From Candidatus Omnitrophota bacterium (GTDB lineage Bacteria > Omnitrophota > Gorgyraeia > 1-14-0-20-64-10), in contig JAHFFE010000003.1 in assembly GCA_023248155.1 (NCBI GenBank), positions 148,159-212,158 on the forward strand: 64,000 bases of DNA, given 5' to 3'. Positions 8,751 through 18,418 of this stretch are shown here, in pieces. The number at the start of each line of letters is the position of its first letter. Position 1 is the first letter of the stretch. Position numbers and translations under genes: made by a program. Under the pieces are notes generated by a model that did no database searches, was not told where the DNA came from, and saw nothing but the letters and a program-made list of their open reading frames with translations.

Positions 8751-10742
8751 ATGTTTGCTGAAGTAGCACTTGATCTTCCGGTGCGCGGCTGTTTTCATTA
8801 TGAAATCCCGGTCTCGCTGGCCGGATCCGCCGCCGTTGGAAAACGGGTAAGGGTTCCGTTCGGCCCCCGAAAACTGCAGGGCTACATCGTCGCCTTATCC
8901 GCAACAAGCCCCGTCTCAAAAACAAAACCGATCGATTCGATTATCGATGAGAATCCGATCATTAATGAAGAACTGCTCGCGTTAACACGCTGGGTAGCCG
9001 AAACTTATCAGGCCGGCTGGGGAGAAACGATTGCCGCCGCATTGCCCGGACTTCTGCGCCGCGGAAAAAAAGAAGGGAAACCTCGGTCGCAGCCGGACGA
9101 AGAACCGGCTGTACCGACGCACCCGATGACGCTTACGGCAGAACAAAAAACAGCGTTTGAACCGATTCGGGATTCTATCCGCTCCGGAACCGGCGGCGCG
9201 TTCCTTCTGCATGGCGTCACCGCAAGCGGAAAAACAGAAGTCTATCTGCAGGCAATCGACGAGGTGCTTGCCAAAAAACAGAGCAGTATCGTTCTCGTTC
9301 CTGAAATCTCGCTGACGCCGCAGGCGATCGAACGGTTTCAAGGCCGATTCGGCGCGGAAGCAGTGGCCTTGCTTCACAGCGGCATGCTTGATACGCAGCG
9401 GTATCAGGAATGGCGGCGAATTCAGAGCGGTGAAGCGCGCGTCATCATCGGAGCGCGGTCGGCTATTTTCGCACCGGTGGAAAACCTGGGACTAATCGTG
9501 ATTGATGAAGAACATGAACCATCGTACAAACAGGATGACGTACCGCGCTACCACGCGCGCGAAGTGGCGCTGCGCCGCGGCCAGATCAACCGCGCCACCG
9601 TCATCTTGGGCAGCGCGACACCGGCGTTGGAAACCTATTACGCAGCAATACAACCGAACCCTGCAATCCAATTGCTCGAATTGACAGAGCGCGTTGAAGA
9701 GCTGGCTCTGCCGGAGGTTCAGGTCGTCGATATGAAATCTGATTTCGCCCATCAATCACGCAGCCGTATTTTTTCGCGCCCGCTCGAAGATGCCCTTGCG
9801 CAGGTACTCGCAACGGGACAGCAGGCGATCCTGTTTTTGAACCGCCGCGGATTCTCCACGTTCGTCCATTGCCGCCAGTGCGGCGCCGCTGCGCGCTGCC
9901 CATCCTGTCAAACGGCGCTGACTTATCATATGGCCGAAAAGAAATTGCTGTGCCATTCCTGTCACACTACGCATGATGCCGGAATCGCCTGCGCTGAATG
10001 CAAGGGACCGTATATTAAATTTCAGGGGACCGGCACCGAACGGGTCGAAAGCGAACTGGCCCGTGTTTTTCCGCAGGCGCGCGTCGCGCGCATGGATACC
10101 GACGCCACCAAATTGCGCGGCACCCATGCCAAAATTCTGAATGAATTCAAAGCGCACAAGATTGATCTGCTGGTCGGAACGCAAATGATCGCCAAAGGGC
10201 TCGATTTTCCGAAAGTAACGGTGGTCGGCGTCATTTCCGCCGATACGGCGCTGAACCTGCCTGATTTCCGGGCCGCTGAACGGACTTTCTGCCTGATGAC
10301 GCAGGTGGCCGGACGCGCCGGACGGGGAAAACTGCCCGGACGCGTCGTTGTGCAGACTTACGCACCGCATCATTACGCGATTCAGGCCGCGAAACAACAT
10401 GACTACGCGGCATTCTACAAACAGGAGATCGCGATCCGGCGGCAGTTAAAACTTCCTCCGTTTACGCGACTCGTTGAACTGACGGCCCGCTCGATGCAGG
10501 AGACCAGCGCATCGGCCTGGGCATCGCAACTGGCCGATCAATGCAGGCGGAGCCTTCCACCCGAAATTGAAGTACTGGGTCCCGCACCGGCGCCGATTCC
10601 CAAACTGCGCCGGCAATACCGCTGGCACGTGATCCTTAAAGCGCCCTCGATCGACTGGCATTTAAAACATCTGCCGGCGGTTCTGGAAAAAATACGGCCG
10701 CCCAAAGGCTGTCGCCTGGCCGTCGATGTCGACCCCCTCTAA
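8751..10742 (+). CDS. priA: Primosomal protein N' (PriA helicase)
   Basis: N-terminal 'AEVALDLPV...FHYEIP', Walker A 'GVTASGKTEVY', 'DEEHE' box, Cys4 zinc ribbon 'CRQCG...CPSCQ...CHSCH...CAECK'. Confidence 0.9.
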   Translation: MFAEVALDLPVRGCFHYEIPVSLAGSAAVGKRVRVPFGPRKLQGYIVALSATSPVSKTKPIDSIIDENPIINEELLALTRWVAETYQAGWGETIAAALPGLLRRGKKEGKPRSQPDEEPAVPTHPMTLTAEQKTAFEPIRDSIRSGTGGAFLLHGVTASGKTEVYLQAIDEVLAKKQSSIVLVPEISLTPQAIERFQGRFGAEAVALLHSGMLDTQRYQEWRRIQSGEARVIIGARSAIFAPVENLGLIVIDEEHEPSYKQDDVPRYHAREVALRRGQINRATVILGSATPALETYYAAIQPNPAIQLLELTERVEELALPEVQVVDMKSDFAHQSRSRIFSRPLEDALAQVLATGQQAILFLNRRGFSTFVHCRQCGAAARCPSCQTALTYHMAEKKLLCHSCHTTHDAGIACAECKGPYIKFQGTGTERVESELARVFPQARVARMDTDATKLRGTHAKILNEFKAHKIDLLVGTQMIAKGLDFPKVTVVGVISADTALNLPDFRAAERTFCLMTQVAGRAGRGKLPGRVVVQTYAPHHYAIQAAKQHDYAAFYKQEIAIRRQLKLPPFTRLVELTARSMQETSASAWASQLADQCRRSLPPEIEVLGPAPAPIPKLRRQYRWHVILKAPSIDWHLKHLPAVLEKIRPPKGCRLAVDVDPL

Positions 10743-10765
10743 AAACTATGTTTCTTCAGAGTCGG

Positions 10766-10966
10766 CCCGGGCATGGGAGCCGTGGACACGCTCGGAATCG
10801 ACTATCGATTCCGTCGCTCTGTCTCCGGCCTTGCCGAAAGACAATTCGATTCGGCCTCCGCCAAGGTCCACTTGCCCCATATCCCGGCCCGCCTCTTACA
10901 CATGCAGGAGCTTCGGGTGACGCGGGCGGGAGAGGCCTCTGCCGCCACGCGCGCAGCGAAGCGAGC
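10766..10966. repeat. Mosaic interspersed repeat, copy A (core about 200 nt; contains the hairpin ggaatcg-actat-cgattcc at 10794..10812)
   Basis: About nine in ten positions identical by eye to the reverse complement of 18419..18614 outside a 13-nt variable block; terminal modules are shared with 54624..54954. Confidence 0.8.
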
Positions 10967-11066
10967 ACGGACGGCGGAGAGTGTCCCCGAGCGGCAGGAC
11001 CCGAAGCGACGGAGTTTGATGGTGGCCCGAACTGACTCGAAAAACAGTTCGTGATACAATAACCGC

Positions 11067-11579
11067 ATGATTCTGCCTGTGATGAAAGAACCCAATCCGA
11101 TTTTGCGCCAGAAAGCGGTCGCCGTGACCGAAATCACGCCCAAAATCCGTAAATTGGTGGCCGACATGATCGATACGATGCATGCGGCCGAAGGCGTCGG
11201 CCTGGCCGCCAATCAAGTTGGTTCATCCTGGAATATTTTTGTCGCCAGTCCCGACGGAGAAAAAGGGCAGGAAATGGTCTTCATCAATGCGGTTCTCTCC
11301 GGCGCCAAAGGAAAAGAACTGAAAACCGAAGGCTGCCTCTCGGTACCCGGCGTTTCGGCCAAAATATTCCGCCACACCCAAATTACAGTGACGGCGCTTG
11401 ACCTGGAAGGCAAGAAGCGAAAAATAACCGCCACCGATTTACTCGCGCAGATTTTCCAGCATGAGGTCGGGCATCTGCAGGGAAAACTGTACATCGACCT
11501 TCTTCCGGGCGAAGAGAACGCGGCCATTTTAAAAAAGTACCGCGCGATTTCCGAAACACTGGGGAAGATAAAGCTCTGA
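11067..11579 (+). CDS. def: Peptide deformylase
   Basis: 'GVGLAANQVG', 'EGCLSVPG', 'QHEVGHLQG' (HExxH) motifs. Confidence 0.9.
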   Translation: MILPVMKEPNPILRQKAVAVTEITPKIRKLVADMIDTMHAAEGVGLAANQVGSSWNIFVASPDGEKGQEMVFINAVLSGAKGKELKTEGCLSVPGVSAKIFRHTQITVTALDLEGKKRKITATDLLAQIFQHEVGHLQGKLYIDLLPGEENAAILKKYRAISETLGKIKL

Positions 11580-12526
11580 ACCCGCCCGCCCGAATCCTTT
11601 ACCTGGGAACGCCTGAATTCGCGGCCGCCTGCTTAAATGACCTGCTTAAAGATTCCCGGGCGATCGTCGGCGTAGTCACTCAACCGGACCGCCCTAAAGG
11701 CCGTTCTCAAATCGTTTCAGCAACACCGGTAAAAACAGTGGCTCTTTCCAAAGAAATCCCGGTTTACCAGCCGGAAAGACTGGATGATCCTGCATTTCTA
11801 GAGCAGATCCGCGCGCTCAAACCCGATTGCGCAATCGTCGTGGCGTTCGGCCGGCTATTGCCGATTGCTTTCCTAAACCTGTTTTCGAAAGGAGCCTACA
11901 ATCTGCATGGATCATTGCTTCCGAAATACCGCGGCGCCGCGCCGATTCAATGGGCGTTGATCAACGGAGAAAAAGAAACCGGCGTTACATTGTTTAAGCT
12001 CGATGAACAACTCGATCACGGCCCAATACTGCTGCAGAAAAAAATCGCGATCGATCCGGACGACACCAGCGAAACACTTTTTCCAAAACTGTCACTGCTC
12101 GGGTCCGCGGCGATCCGAGAGGGACTGCCTCTGCTCGAAAAAGAACTGGTTCCTTTAACGCCGCAAAACCATAGCCAGGCAACGCAAGCGCCGGCGCTCA
12201 CCAAAGAGCAGGGAAGAATTGACTGGACGAAACCGGCCGAGCAAATTGTTAACCAAATCCGCGGCATGACACCCTGGCCCGGCGCTTTTACTTTTTTAAA
12301 TGGAGAACCGGTTAAAATTTTGGCCGCTGCCATTGTTCCGCATTCCGGCGCTTCGGCACATCCGGGAACCCTCGCGCAGGCTTCCACCAAAGAAGGGTTG
12401 GTTATTGAGGCAGGGCATGGTTGCCTGCAAATTATCCGCCTTCAGCCGGCCGCCGGAAAACCAATGCCGGCCGCCGATTTCCTTCGCGGCCATCCGATCC
12501 CGCCCGGAACCGTGTTTGGCCCATAA
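11576..12526 (+). CDS. fmt: Methionyl-tRNA formyltransferase (start codon non-canonical or unresolved)
   Basis: Frame reads 'ILYLGTPEFAAACLNDL...VVTQPDRPKGR' (Fmt N-terminal domain) from 11579 on; the first canonical start in frame is the GTG at 11738, which would delete this essential domain. CTG at 11576 overlaps the def stop as CTGA. Confidence 0.75.
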   Translation: MNPPARILYLGTPEFAAACLNDLLKDSRAIVGVVTQPDRPKGRSQIVSATPVKTVALSKEIPVYQPERLDDPAFLEQIRALKPDCAIVVAFGRLLPIAFLNLFSKGAYNLHGSLLPKYRGAAPIQWALINGEKETGVTLFKLDEQLDHGPILLQKKIAIDPDDTSETLFPKLSLLGSAAIREGLPLLEKELVPLTPQNHSQATQAPALTKEQGRIDWTKPAEQIVNQIRGMTPWPGAFTFLNGEPVKILAAAIVPHSGASAHPGTLAQASTKEGLVIEAGHGCLQIIRLQPAAGKPMPAADFLRGHPIPPGTVFGP

Positions 12527-12547
12527 CATTCTGGTAGAATAATCGTC

Positions 12548-13123
12548 ATGGTATACGGTCCGATTTTTCTGACAATGTGGATGTTGTTCGGCTCCATCTT
12601 TCACGGATGGGATCAACCCCATCTGGAACGGGTGGAAGTCCGTACCGGTTTTGCCGTCGCACTAAATGACACCGAACATCCGACCGGCTTCGAATTTGTT
12701 CCGCTGCTGCCATCCGCCGTCATACCGCTCACCGATACGATCGATCCAGGCCCGGACTTTCTGAAAGGGAAGATCGAATGGAACCCGGAACTGTTCGCCG
12801 CCAGCTTTGTCTATCCGTATGCACGCCCGATCATCGGAATCAATCCACTGCAGTTTCAGTATGCGCTGGAACCGCGCGGAAAATGGGAACCGTACGGCAT
12901 GGCCGGCCTCGGAATACTCCACTCGAATATTGAACGCAGGGAAACCGGCTCCGATTTTAATTTCAATCTCGCGTTCGGCTTTGGAACACGCTACCGGTTA
13001 AACCCCAATACCGCGCTGCTGCTGGAGTACCGCCATATCCATATCTCGAACGCCGACATTGATGACAATAACGCGGCGATCGAAGCGAATACATTCCTGA
13101 CCGGCCTCTCCATCTCGCTGTAA
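12548..13123 (+). CDS. PagL-like outer-membrane lipid A 3-O-deacylase / acyloxyacyl hydrolase family beta-barrel
   Basis: 191 aa; alternating amphipathic beta-strands; catalytic-type 'HIHISNA' (H-x-S-N) near C-terminus and C-terminal 'LSISL'; the family call rests on that short motif. Confidence 0.5.
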   Translation: MVYGPIFLTMWMLFGSIFHGWDQPHLERVEVRTGFAVALNDTEHPTGFEFVPLLPSAVIPLTDTIDPGPDFLKGKIEWNPELFAASFVYPYARPIIGINPLQFQYALEPRGKWEPYGMAGLGILHSNIERRETGSDFNFNLAFGFGTRYRLNPNTALLLEYRHIHISNADIDDNNAAIEANTFLTGLSISL

Positions 13124-13143
13124 CCGCCCGGCCAATTGCGCGC

Positions 13144-13172
13144 TTGATCTGACTTTCCCCCAGGATTATAAT
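13144..13172 (+). promoter_or_regulatory. Sigma70-type promoter for gap-pgk-tpiA-secG (TTGATC -17- TATAAT), followed by RBS AAGGAG at 13189
   Basis: Consensus hexamers with 17-nt spacer, 30 nt upstream of gap ATG. Confidence 0.55.
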
Positions 13173-13201
13173 AGGGAGTTTAACAACTAAGGAGAAGAGA
13201 A

Positions 13202-14215
13202 ATGGCAATTCGAGTCGGTGTTAATGGGTTTGGTCGTATCGGTCGGTTGGTGCTGCGCGCCGGATGGAACCGGCCCGGTATTGATTTCGTGGCGGTCAAC
13301 GACCTTCCGGTCGGCGCGGCCACACTGGCGCATTTGCTTAAGTACGATTCCAATTTCGGCATCTTTCCGGTTGAAGTCAAAGCCGAGGGCGAAGATCTGT
13401 TGATCGGCGGCAAGAAACTGAAGATCGTCAGCCATAAATCACCAACCGAAATTCCCTGGAAAGATCTGGGCGCCGACATCGTCGTCGAGTCAACCGGCCT
13501 GTTCACCGATAAGGAAAAAGCGATCGGCCATATGGCCGGCGGCAGCGTCAAGAAGGTGATCATCTCGGCTCCGGCCAAGAACGAAGACATCACGGTCGTC
13601 ATGGGCGTCAACCACGACAAATACGATCCGTCCAAGCACCACGTCATCTCGAACGCGTCCTGCACCACCAACTGTCTGGCCCCGATGGCGCGCGTTTTGC
13701 TCGATTCGGTCGGCATCGTCAAGGGACTGATGACCACGATCCATTCCTATACCAACGACCAGCGCATTCTCGACCTGCCGCACAAGGACCTGCGCCGCGC
13801 ACGCGCAGCCGGGCAGTCGATGATTCCGACCAGCACCGGCGCCGCCAAGGCGATCGGGCTCGTGATCCCGGAATTAAAAGGGAAGATGGACGGTCTGGCG
13901 ATCCGCGTGCCGACGCCGAATGTGTCGGTGGTTGACCTGACCTGCGAAGTCTCCCGCAAAACGACGGCCGAAGAAGTGAACGAGGCGTTCAAGAAAGCCG
14001 CCGCCGGACCGCTCGGAAAATATTTGCAGTTTTCCACCGAAGAGCTGGTCTCCAAAGATTTCAACGGCAATCCGAAATCGTGCATCTTCGACGCGCCGCT
14101 GACCAAAGTCTGCGACGGCAATCTGGTCAAGATATTCGGCTGGTACGATAACGAATGGGGTTATTCCAACCGCGTGGTCGACCTGCTTGAGTTCGTCGCC
14201 AGCAAAGGTTTGTAA
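13202..14215 (+). CDS. gap: Glyceraldehyde-3-phosphate dehydrogenase
   Basis: '[11 protein letters not shown]', '[13 protein letters not shown]' active-site motif. Confidence 0.92.
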   Translation: MAIRVGVNGFGRIGRLVLRAGWNRPGIDFVAVNDLPVGAATLAHLLKYDSNFGIFPVEVKAEGEDLLIGGKKLKIVSHKSPTEIPWKDLGADIVVESTGLFTDKEKAIGHMAGGSVKKVIISAPAKNEDITVVMGVNHDKYDPSKHHVISNASCTTNCLAPMARVLLDSVGIVKGLMTTIHSYTNDQRILDLPHKDLRRARAAGQSMIPTSTGAAKAIGLVIPELKGKMDGLAIRVPTPNVSVVDLTCEVSRKTTAEEVNEAFKKAAAGPLGKYLQFSTEELVSKDFNGNPKSCIFDAPLTKVCDGNLVKIFGWYDNEWGYSNRVVDLLEFVASKGL

Positions 14216-14218
14216 TTA

Positions 14219-15412
14219 ATGGCCGGCACGGCAACCGCGTTTCGCACCATTAAGGAGCTGCCGCTGGAAGGCAAGCGCGTTTTAATCCGCGTTGACTTTA
14301 ATGTTCCGCTAAAAGAGGGGAAGGTTACCGATTCCACGCGGATCAGCGCAGCACTCCCAACAATCCGTTACGCGCTCGAGCGAAACGCCAAGGTGATTTT
14401 GATGAGCCATCTTGGCCGGCCGGACGGGCAGGTTGTCGAAAAACTGCGCATGAAGCCGGTCGCCGAGGTCCTCAGCAAGCTGATCGGGAAACCGGTACAG
14501 ACCGTTCAGGATTGCGTGGGTCCCGAAGCACAAACCGCGGCGGGTAATTTAAAGCCGGGCGAAATTCTGCTGCTGGAAAATCTGCGATTCCACCCCGAAG
14601 AAGAAGCCAACGATTCCTGTTTCGCAAAAGCGCTGGCCAAGCTGGGTGACGTTTATTTGAATGACGCGTTCGGCACCGCGCATCGCGCGCATGCATCCAC
14701 GGCCGGTGTCGCTGAATATATTCCGTCGGCCGCCGGTTTCCTAATGCAGAAAGAACTGGATGCGCTGGGTGTTGTGGTTTCCAATCCGGCCCGTCCTTAT
14801 TTTCTGATTCTAGGTGGAGCGAAGGTTTCCGACAAAATCAAATTGATCGATCATTTAATCGACAAGGTCGATACGATTTTGATCGGCGGCGGCATGCAGT
14901 ATACATTCTTCGCCGCGCAGGGAATTCCGACCGGTGACTCGCCGGTTGAGAAAGACCACCTCTCCACCGCCAAAGCCGTCATGGTTAAAGCGAAGGAAAA
15001 AGGGGTGACCGTTCTGCTCCCTCTCGATCATGTGATCGCCGATAAATTCGCGCCCGATGCCCAGCGCAAAGTGACCGAGAAACCGGGCATGCCCGATGGC
15101 TGGGGCGGCATGGACATCGGTCCCAAAACAATCGCGTTGTTTAATGAAGCGCTGAAAAAAGCCAAGACCGTATTATGGAACGGACCGCTTGGTGTTTTTG
15201 AAATGGACCGTTTCGCCGACGGCACAAAATCAGTCGCGCAGACCGTCGCCGGACTCAACGCGGTGACCGTGGTCGGCGGCGGAGATACGGCAGCCGCCAT
15301 CACGCAGTTCGGCCTGGCCGATAAAATGACGCATGTCTCGACGGGCGGCGGCGCCAGCCTTGAATTTCTGGAAGGGCGTGTTTTGCCCGGCGTTGCCGCG
15401 TTGTCCAAATAA
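14219..15412 (+). CDS. pgk: Phosphoglycerate kinase
   Basis: 'RVDFNVP', 'ILMSHLGRP', 'GGGDTAA' motifs. Confidence 0.92.
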   Translation: MAGTATAFRTIKELPLEGKRVLIRVDFNVPLKEGKVTDSTRISAALPTIRYALERNAKVILMSHLGRPDGQVVEKLRMKPVAEVLSKLIGKPVQTVQDCVGPEAQTAAGNLKPGEILLLENLRFHPEEEANDSCFAKALAKLGDVYLNDAFGTAHRAHASTAGVAEYIPSAAGFLMQKELDALGVVVSNPARPYFLILGGAKVSDKIKLIDHLIDKVDTILIGGGMQYTFFAAQGIPTGDSPVEKDHLSTAKAVMVKAKEKGVTVLLPLDHVIADKFAPDAQRKVTEKPGMPDGWGGMDIGPKTIALFNEALKKAKTVLWNGPLGVFEMDRFADGTKSVAQTVAGLNAVTVVGGGDTAAAITQFGLADKMTHVSTGGGASLEFLEGRVLPGVAALSK

Positions 15413-15426
15413 TTTAAAGGATCTCA

Positions 15427-16218
15427 ATGAAAAGAACCCCGTTAGTCGCCGGAAACTGGAAAATGAATACCGGAACCCCTTCACAGGCCATTACGCTTGC
15501 CGAAGCGATTGCCGCTGCCGCCGGAAATAAAAAAGGGGCTGAGGTATTAATCTGCCCGCCATTTACAGCGCTCGTTTCGGTGGGTAAAGCGATTGAAGGA
15601 AAAGGCATCGCGCTCGGCGCGCAAAACGCGCACGCCGAGGCAAAAGGCGCTTTTACCGGTGAAATTTCCGTTCCGATGTTGAAAGAAATCGGCTGTGCCT
15701 ACGTGATTCTCGGTCATTCGGAACGGCGCCAGCTTTTCGGGGAAACCGATGAGGGCGTTTGTAAAAAAACGGCCGCCGTATTGGCTGCCGGACTTAAGGC
15801 AATCGTCTGCGTCGGAGAAACGCTTCAGCAGCGGCAGGCCAACCAGACATGGGCCGTGATTGAAACACAACTGAACAAAGGCCTCGAAGGAATTTCAGCC
15901 ACAGCCGCAAATCTCGTAATCGCCTATGAACCGGTCTGGGCGATCGGGACGGGGCTCAACGCCACACCGGCGCAGGCGCAGGAAGTGCATGCTTCAATCC
16001 GGAAATGGCTGAACAGCCGCTTCGGACCTGAAACAGGCAGCTCTATCCGGATTCAGTACGGCGGTTCCGTCAAAGCCGACAACGCAAAAGAGTTAATGAG
16101 CCAGCACGATGTCGACGGCGCGCTCGTCGGCGGAGCCAGCCTGGAAGCGGCCTCATTCATCGCCATCATCGAAGCGGCCAGTCAGGCCAAGGAGGGATCC
16201 CCATGTTGCACAGCGTAA
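15427..16218 (+). CDS. tpiA: Triosephosphate isomerase
   Basis: 'AGNWKMN', 'ILGHSERR', 'IAYEPVWAIGTG' motifs. Confidence 0.9.
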   Translation: MKRTPLVAGNWKMNTGTPSQAITLAEAIAAAAGNKKGAEVLICPPFTALVSVGKAIEGKGIALGAQNAHAEAKGAFTGEISVPMLKEIGCAYVILGHSERRQLFGETDEGVCKKTAAVLAAGLKAIVCVGETLQQRQANQTWAVIETQLNKGLEGISATAANLVIAYEPVWAIGTGLNATPAQAQEVHASIRKWLNSRFGPETGSSIRIQYGGSVKADNAKELMSQHDVDGALVGGASLEAASFIAIIEAASQAKEGSPCCTA

Positions 16219-16526
16219 TTTTAGTAATTCATATCATCGTCTGTCTGGTGTTGATCGCCGTGATTCTTCTGCAGGCCGGCCGCGGCGGAGGCGTTGCCGA
16301 TGTCGGCAGTGCACCGTCGATGCTGGGCACGCAGGGCACCACGCTGTTGACGCGCGCAACCACTGCCTGCGCCGTCATTTTCATGCTGACCTCCATCGGT
16401 TTAGCGGTCATCTCCGCGCAAAAAGGGAAATCGCTGATGACCGGCGTTCGCGTGCCCGCTCCGATGGCCGCACCGGCTGAAACCCCGGCTGCCGCGCCGG
16501 CGCAAACTCCGGCTCAAAAGCCATAA
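16203..16526 (+). CDS. secG: Preprotein translocase subunit SecG
   Basis: 'VILVIHIIVCLVLIAVILLQAGRGGG' SecG signature; downstream of tpiA, as in many bacteria. Confidence 0.8.
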   Translation: MLHSVILVIHIIVCLVLIAVILLQAGRGGGVADVGSAPSMLGTQGTTLLTRATTACAVIFMLTSIGLAVISAQKGKSLMTGVRVPAPMAAPAETPAAAPAQTPAQKP

Positions 16527-16564
16527 ACGAACCGGCCGACAAAAATCTCCTTTTAATCTACGCG

Positions 16565-17710
16565 ATGTCGTCCCTGGTTTATTTCAACCAGGGCATCGGA
16601 AGTCTGACCAGCCAGCCTCTCTTTTTCTATCTAAAAGAAACGCTGAAACTGGAGCCTTCCAAGATCATGTATTTAAGTTCCGTGATTACGATTCCGTGGA
16701 TGATCAAACCGCTGTACGGATGGCTTTCCGACGCATTTCCGCTCTGGGGCTACCGCAGAAAATCATACATGATCGTCAGCGGTATTTTGGGCATCATCAC
16801 GGCACTGCTGATCGGACTTTCACCGGCGCTGCCGCTGCTGACACTCTACGCGCTGCTGATCTGCGACGCGCTGGGCGGCGCAATGAAAGATGTCGCGATG
16901 GACGGAATCATGGTGGAGGAGGGGCGGCGGCGCAATCTGACCGGAAAAATCCAGTCGATTCAGTGGGGATCGCTGACGCTGGCCACCGTCATCACCGGAG
17001 TTGCCGGCGGCTATATTGCCGAACGGTTCGACTATCATCTGAGTTTTTTATTGGTCGCAATTTTTCCGGCATTCGTTGCGACATTGGCTTTTTTCTACAA
17101 AGAACCGCCGGCTGAGCATCAATCTTTGCTCATTTCATTAAAGACAATCTTTACAAACCGGCCGCTGCTGTTGGCCATGCTCTTTTTATTTCTGTTTTGG
17201 TTCTCTCCATCTCTGAGCGTGCCGGTCCAATTTAAAATACGGGATGAGCTTCATTTTTCACGGTTCGCGATGGGCACCTTAAGCACCGTAGGAGCGGTCT
17301 TCTCAGTTCTGGGCTCGGTCTGGTATTGGAAAAAAAGCCAGGCTCTGAATATCCGCAAATGGCTGATGATCAGCGTTCTGGTCAGCGGCATCTCGACATT
17401 CGCTTACTTGTATCTGACGCCGGTCAGCATCGTGGCGTACACGATCATCTTCGGAATTTTCAGCATGGCGATTCAATTGATAGTAATGGACTTCGCGGCG
17501 CGCATCTGCCCCAAAGGTTCCGAAGCGACGGCGTTCGCGCTGATTACCTCGGTATTAAATTTTGGAATGTTCCTCTCGAACCTGGCCGGCGGAAAATTAT
17601 ACGAATCGATTGGTTACACAGGACTGGTCGTCATTTCCGGCGTCACCACATTGTTGTGCCTGCCGCTGATTCCGCTGTTGTTGGTTAAAACGGAGCCGGC
17701 CGCCGCGTGA
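16565..17710 (+). CDS. BT1-family (folate/biopterin transporter-like) MFS membrane transporter
   Basis: 12 predicted TM helices; 'PWMIKPLYGWLSDAFP' BT1 signature. Confidence 0.6.
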   Translation: MSSLVYFNQGIGSLTSQPLFFYLKETLKLEPSKIMYLSSVITIPWMIKPLYGWLSDAFPLWGYRRKSYMIVSGILGIITALLIGLSPALPLLTLYALLICDALGGAMKDVAMDGIMVEEGRRRNLTGKIQSIQWGSLTLATVITGVAGGYIAERFDYHLSFLLVAIFPAFVATLAFFYKEPPAEHQSLLISLKTIFTNRPLLLAMLFLFLFWFSPSLSVPVQFKIRDELHFSRFAMGTLSTVGAVFSVLGSVWYWKKSQALNIRKWLMISVLVSGISTFAYLYLTPVSIVAYTIIFGIFSMAIQLIVMDFAARICPKGSEATAFALITSVLNFGMFLSNLAGGKLYESIGYTGLVVISGVTTLLCLPLIPLLLVKTEPAAA

Positions 17711-18411
17711 AACTGCCGCTCTGGTATCCGCCGATCTTGACCTATCACTGCGTTCTGCCCATAGCCAGGGGGAACACGCCGACCGTTTCGGTTGACACCT
17801 TCGAGAAACAGATGCGGATGCTGCGCAACTATTGGAATCCGGTTTCTTTCGAACAAGCAATTGACGCGCTGGCGCGCGAAAAATGGCCGGACAGGGGAGT
17901 CGTTATCACCTTCGACGACGGCACCGAGGACAATTTCACTCACGCATTTCCGGTTCTCGCGCGCGAAAAAATCCCGGCGATCATTTTCGTGATTACCGGC
18001 GCGATCGGCACACCCGGCTTTTTAACGGCGGCCCAGATCCGGACCATGCGGGACGCGGGAATCGATTTCGGAAGCCACTCCGACCAGCATGATTATCTGC
18101 CGTCCGTAAAATCGGAACAGGCAGCCCAATCGCTGAACAATTCCAGAAAAGCGCTGGAACAGATCCTGGAAAAACCGGTCCGGTTTATCAGCTATCCGGC
18201 CGGCGGGCATACCGCTGAAATTGTAAAGTCAACGCGTGACGCCGGCTACGCGGCCGCCTGCACCACGAACCGCGGTTTCAAGAAATTTCCGGTTGATCCG
18301 TTCGCGCTGCGGCGAATCACGGTGCATGAGCAGATAAAAAGCCGGCTCGCGCTGGCGCTGCTCTGCAGCGGCTACGGATCGATCAACCGCCGCCTCCGCC
18401 CCCCTCACTAA
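17707..18411 (+). CDS. Polysaccharide deacetylase (NodB homology domain)
   Basis: 'LTYHCV', 'VITFDDGTEDNF', 'FGSHSDQHDYLP' NodB motifs; GTGA overlap start. Confidence 0.75.
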   Translation: MKLPLWYPPILTYHCVLPIARGNTPTVSVDTFEKQMRMLRNYWNPVSFEQAIDALAREKWPDRGVVITFDDGTEDNFTHAFPVLAREKIPAIIFVITGAIGTPGFLTAAQIRTMRDAGIDFGSHSDQHDYLPSVKSEQAAQSLNNSRKALEQILEKPVRFISYPAGGHTAEIVKSTRDAGYAAACTTNRGFKKFPVDPFALRRITVHEQIKSRLALALLCSGYGSINRRLRPPH

Positions 18412-18418
18412 GTACTTT

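Noticed and set aside
9756-10400. 214-aa minus-strand ORF
   Set aside because: Antisense to priA, whose helicase and zinc-finger motifs are unambiguous.
10726-11054. Several 60-95 aa ORFs on both strands between priA and def
   Set aside because: They lie entirely inside the mosaic repeat. Equivalent ORFs in the other copies are in different frames or strands (18229..18672, 54640..54947), so the ORFs are artefacts of the repeat, not genes.
16109-16480. 123-aa Arg-rich ORF overlapping the tpiA end / secG
   Set aside because: Alternate frame of two well-supported genes; composition artefact.
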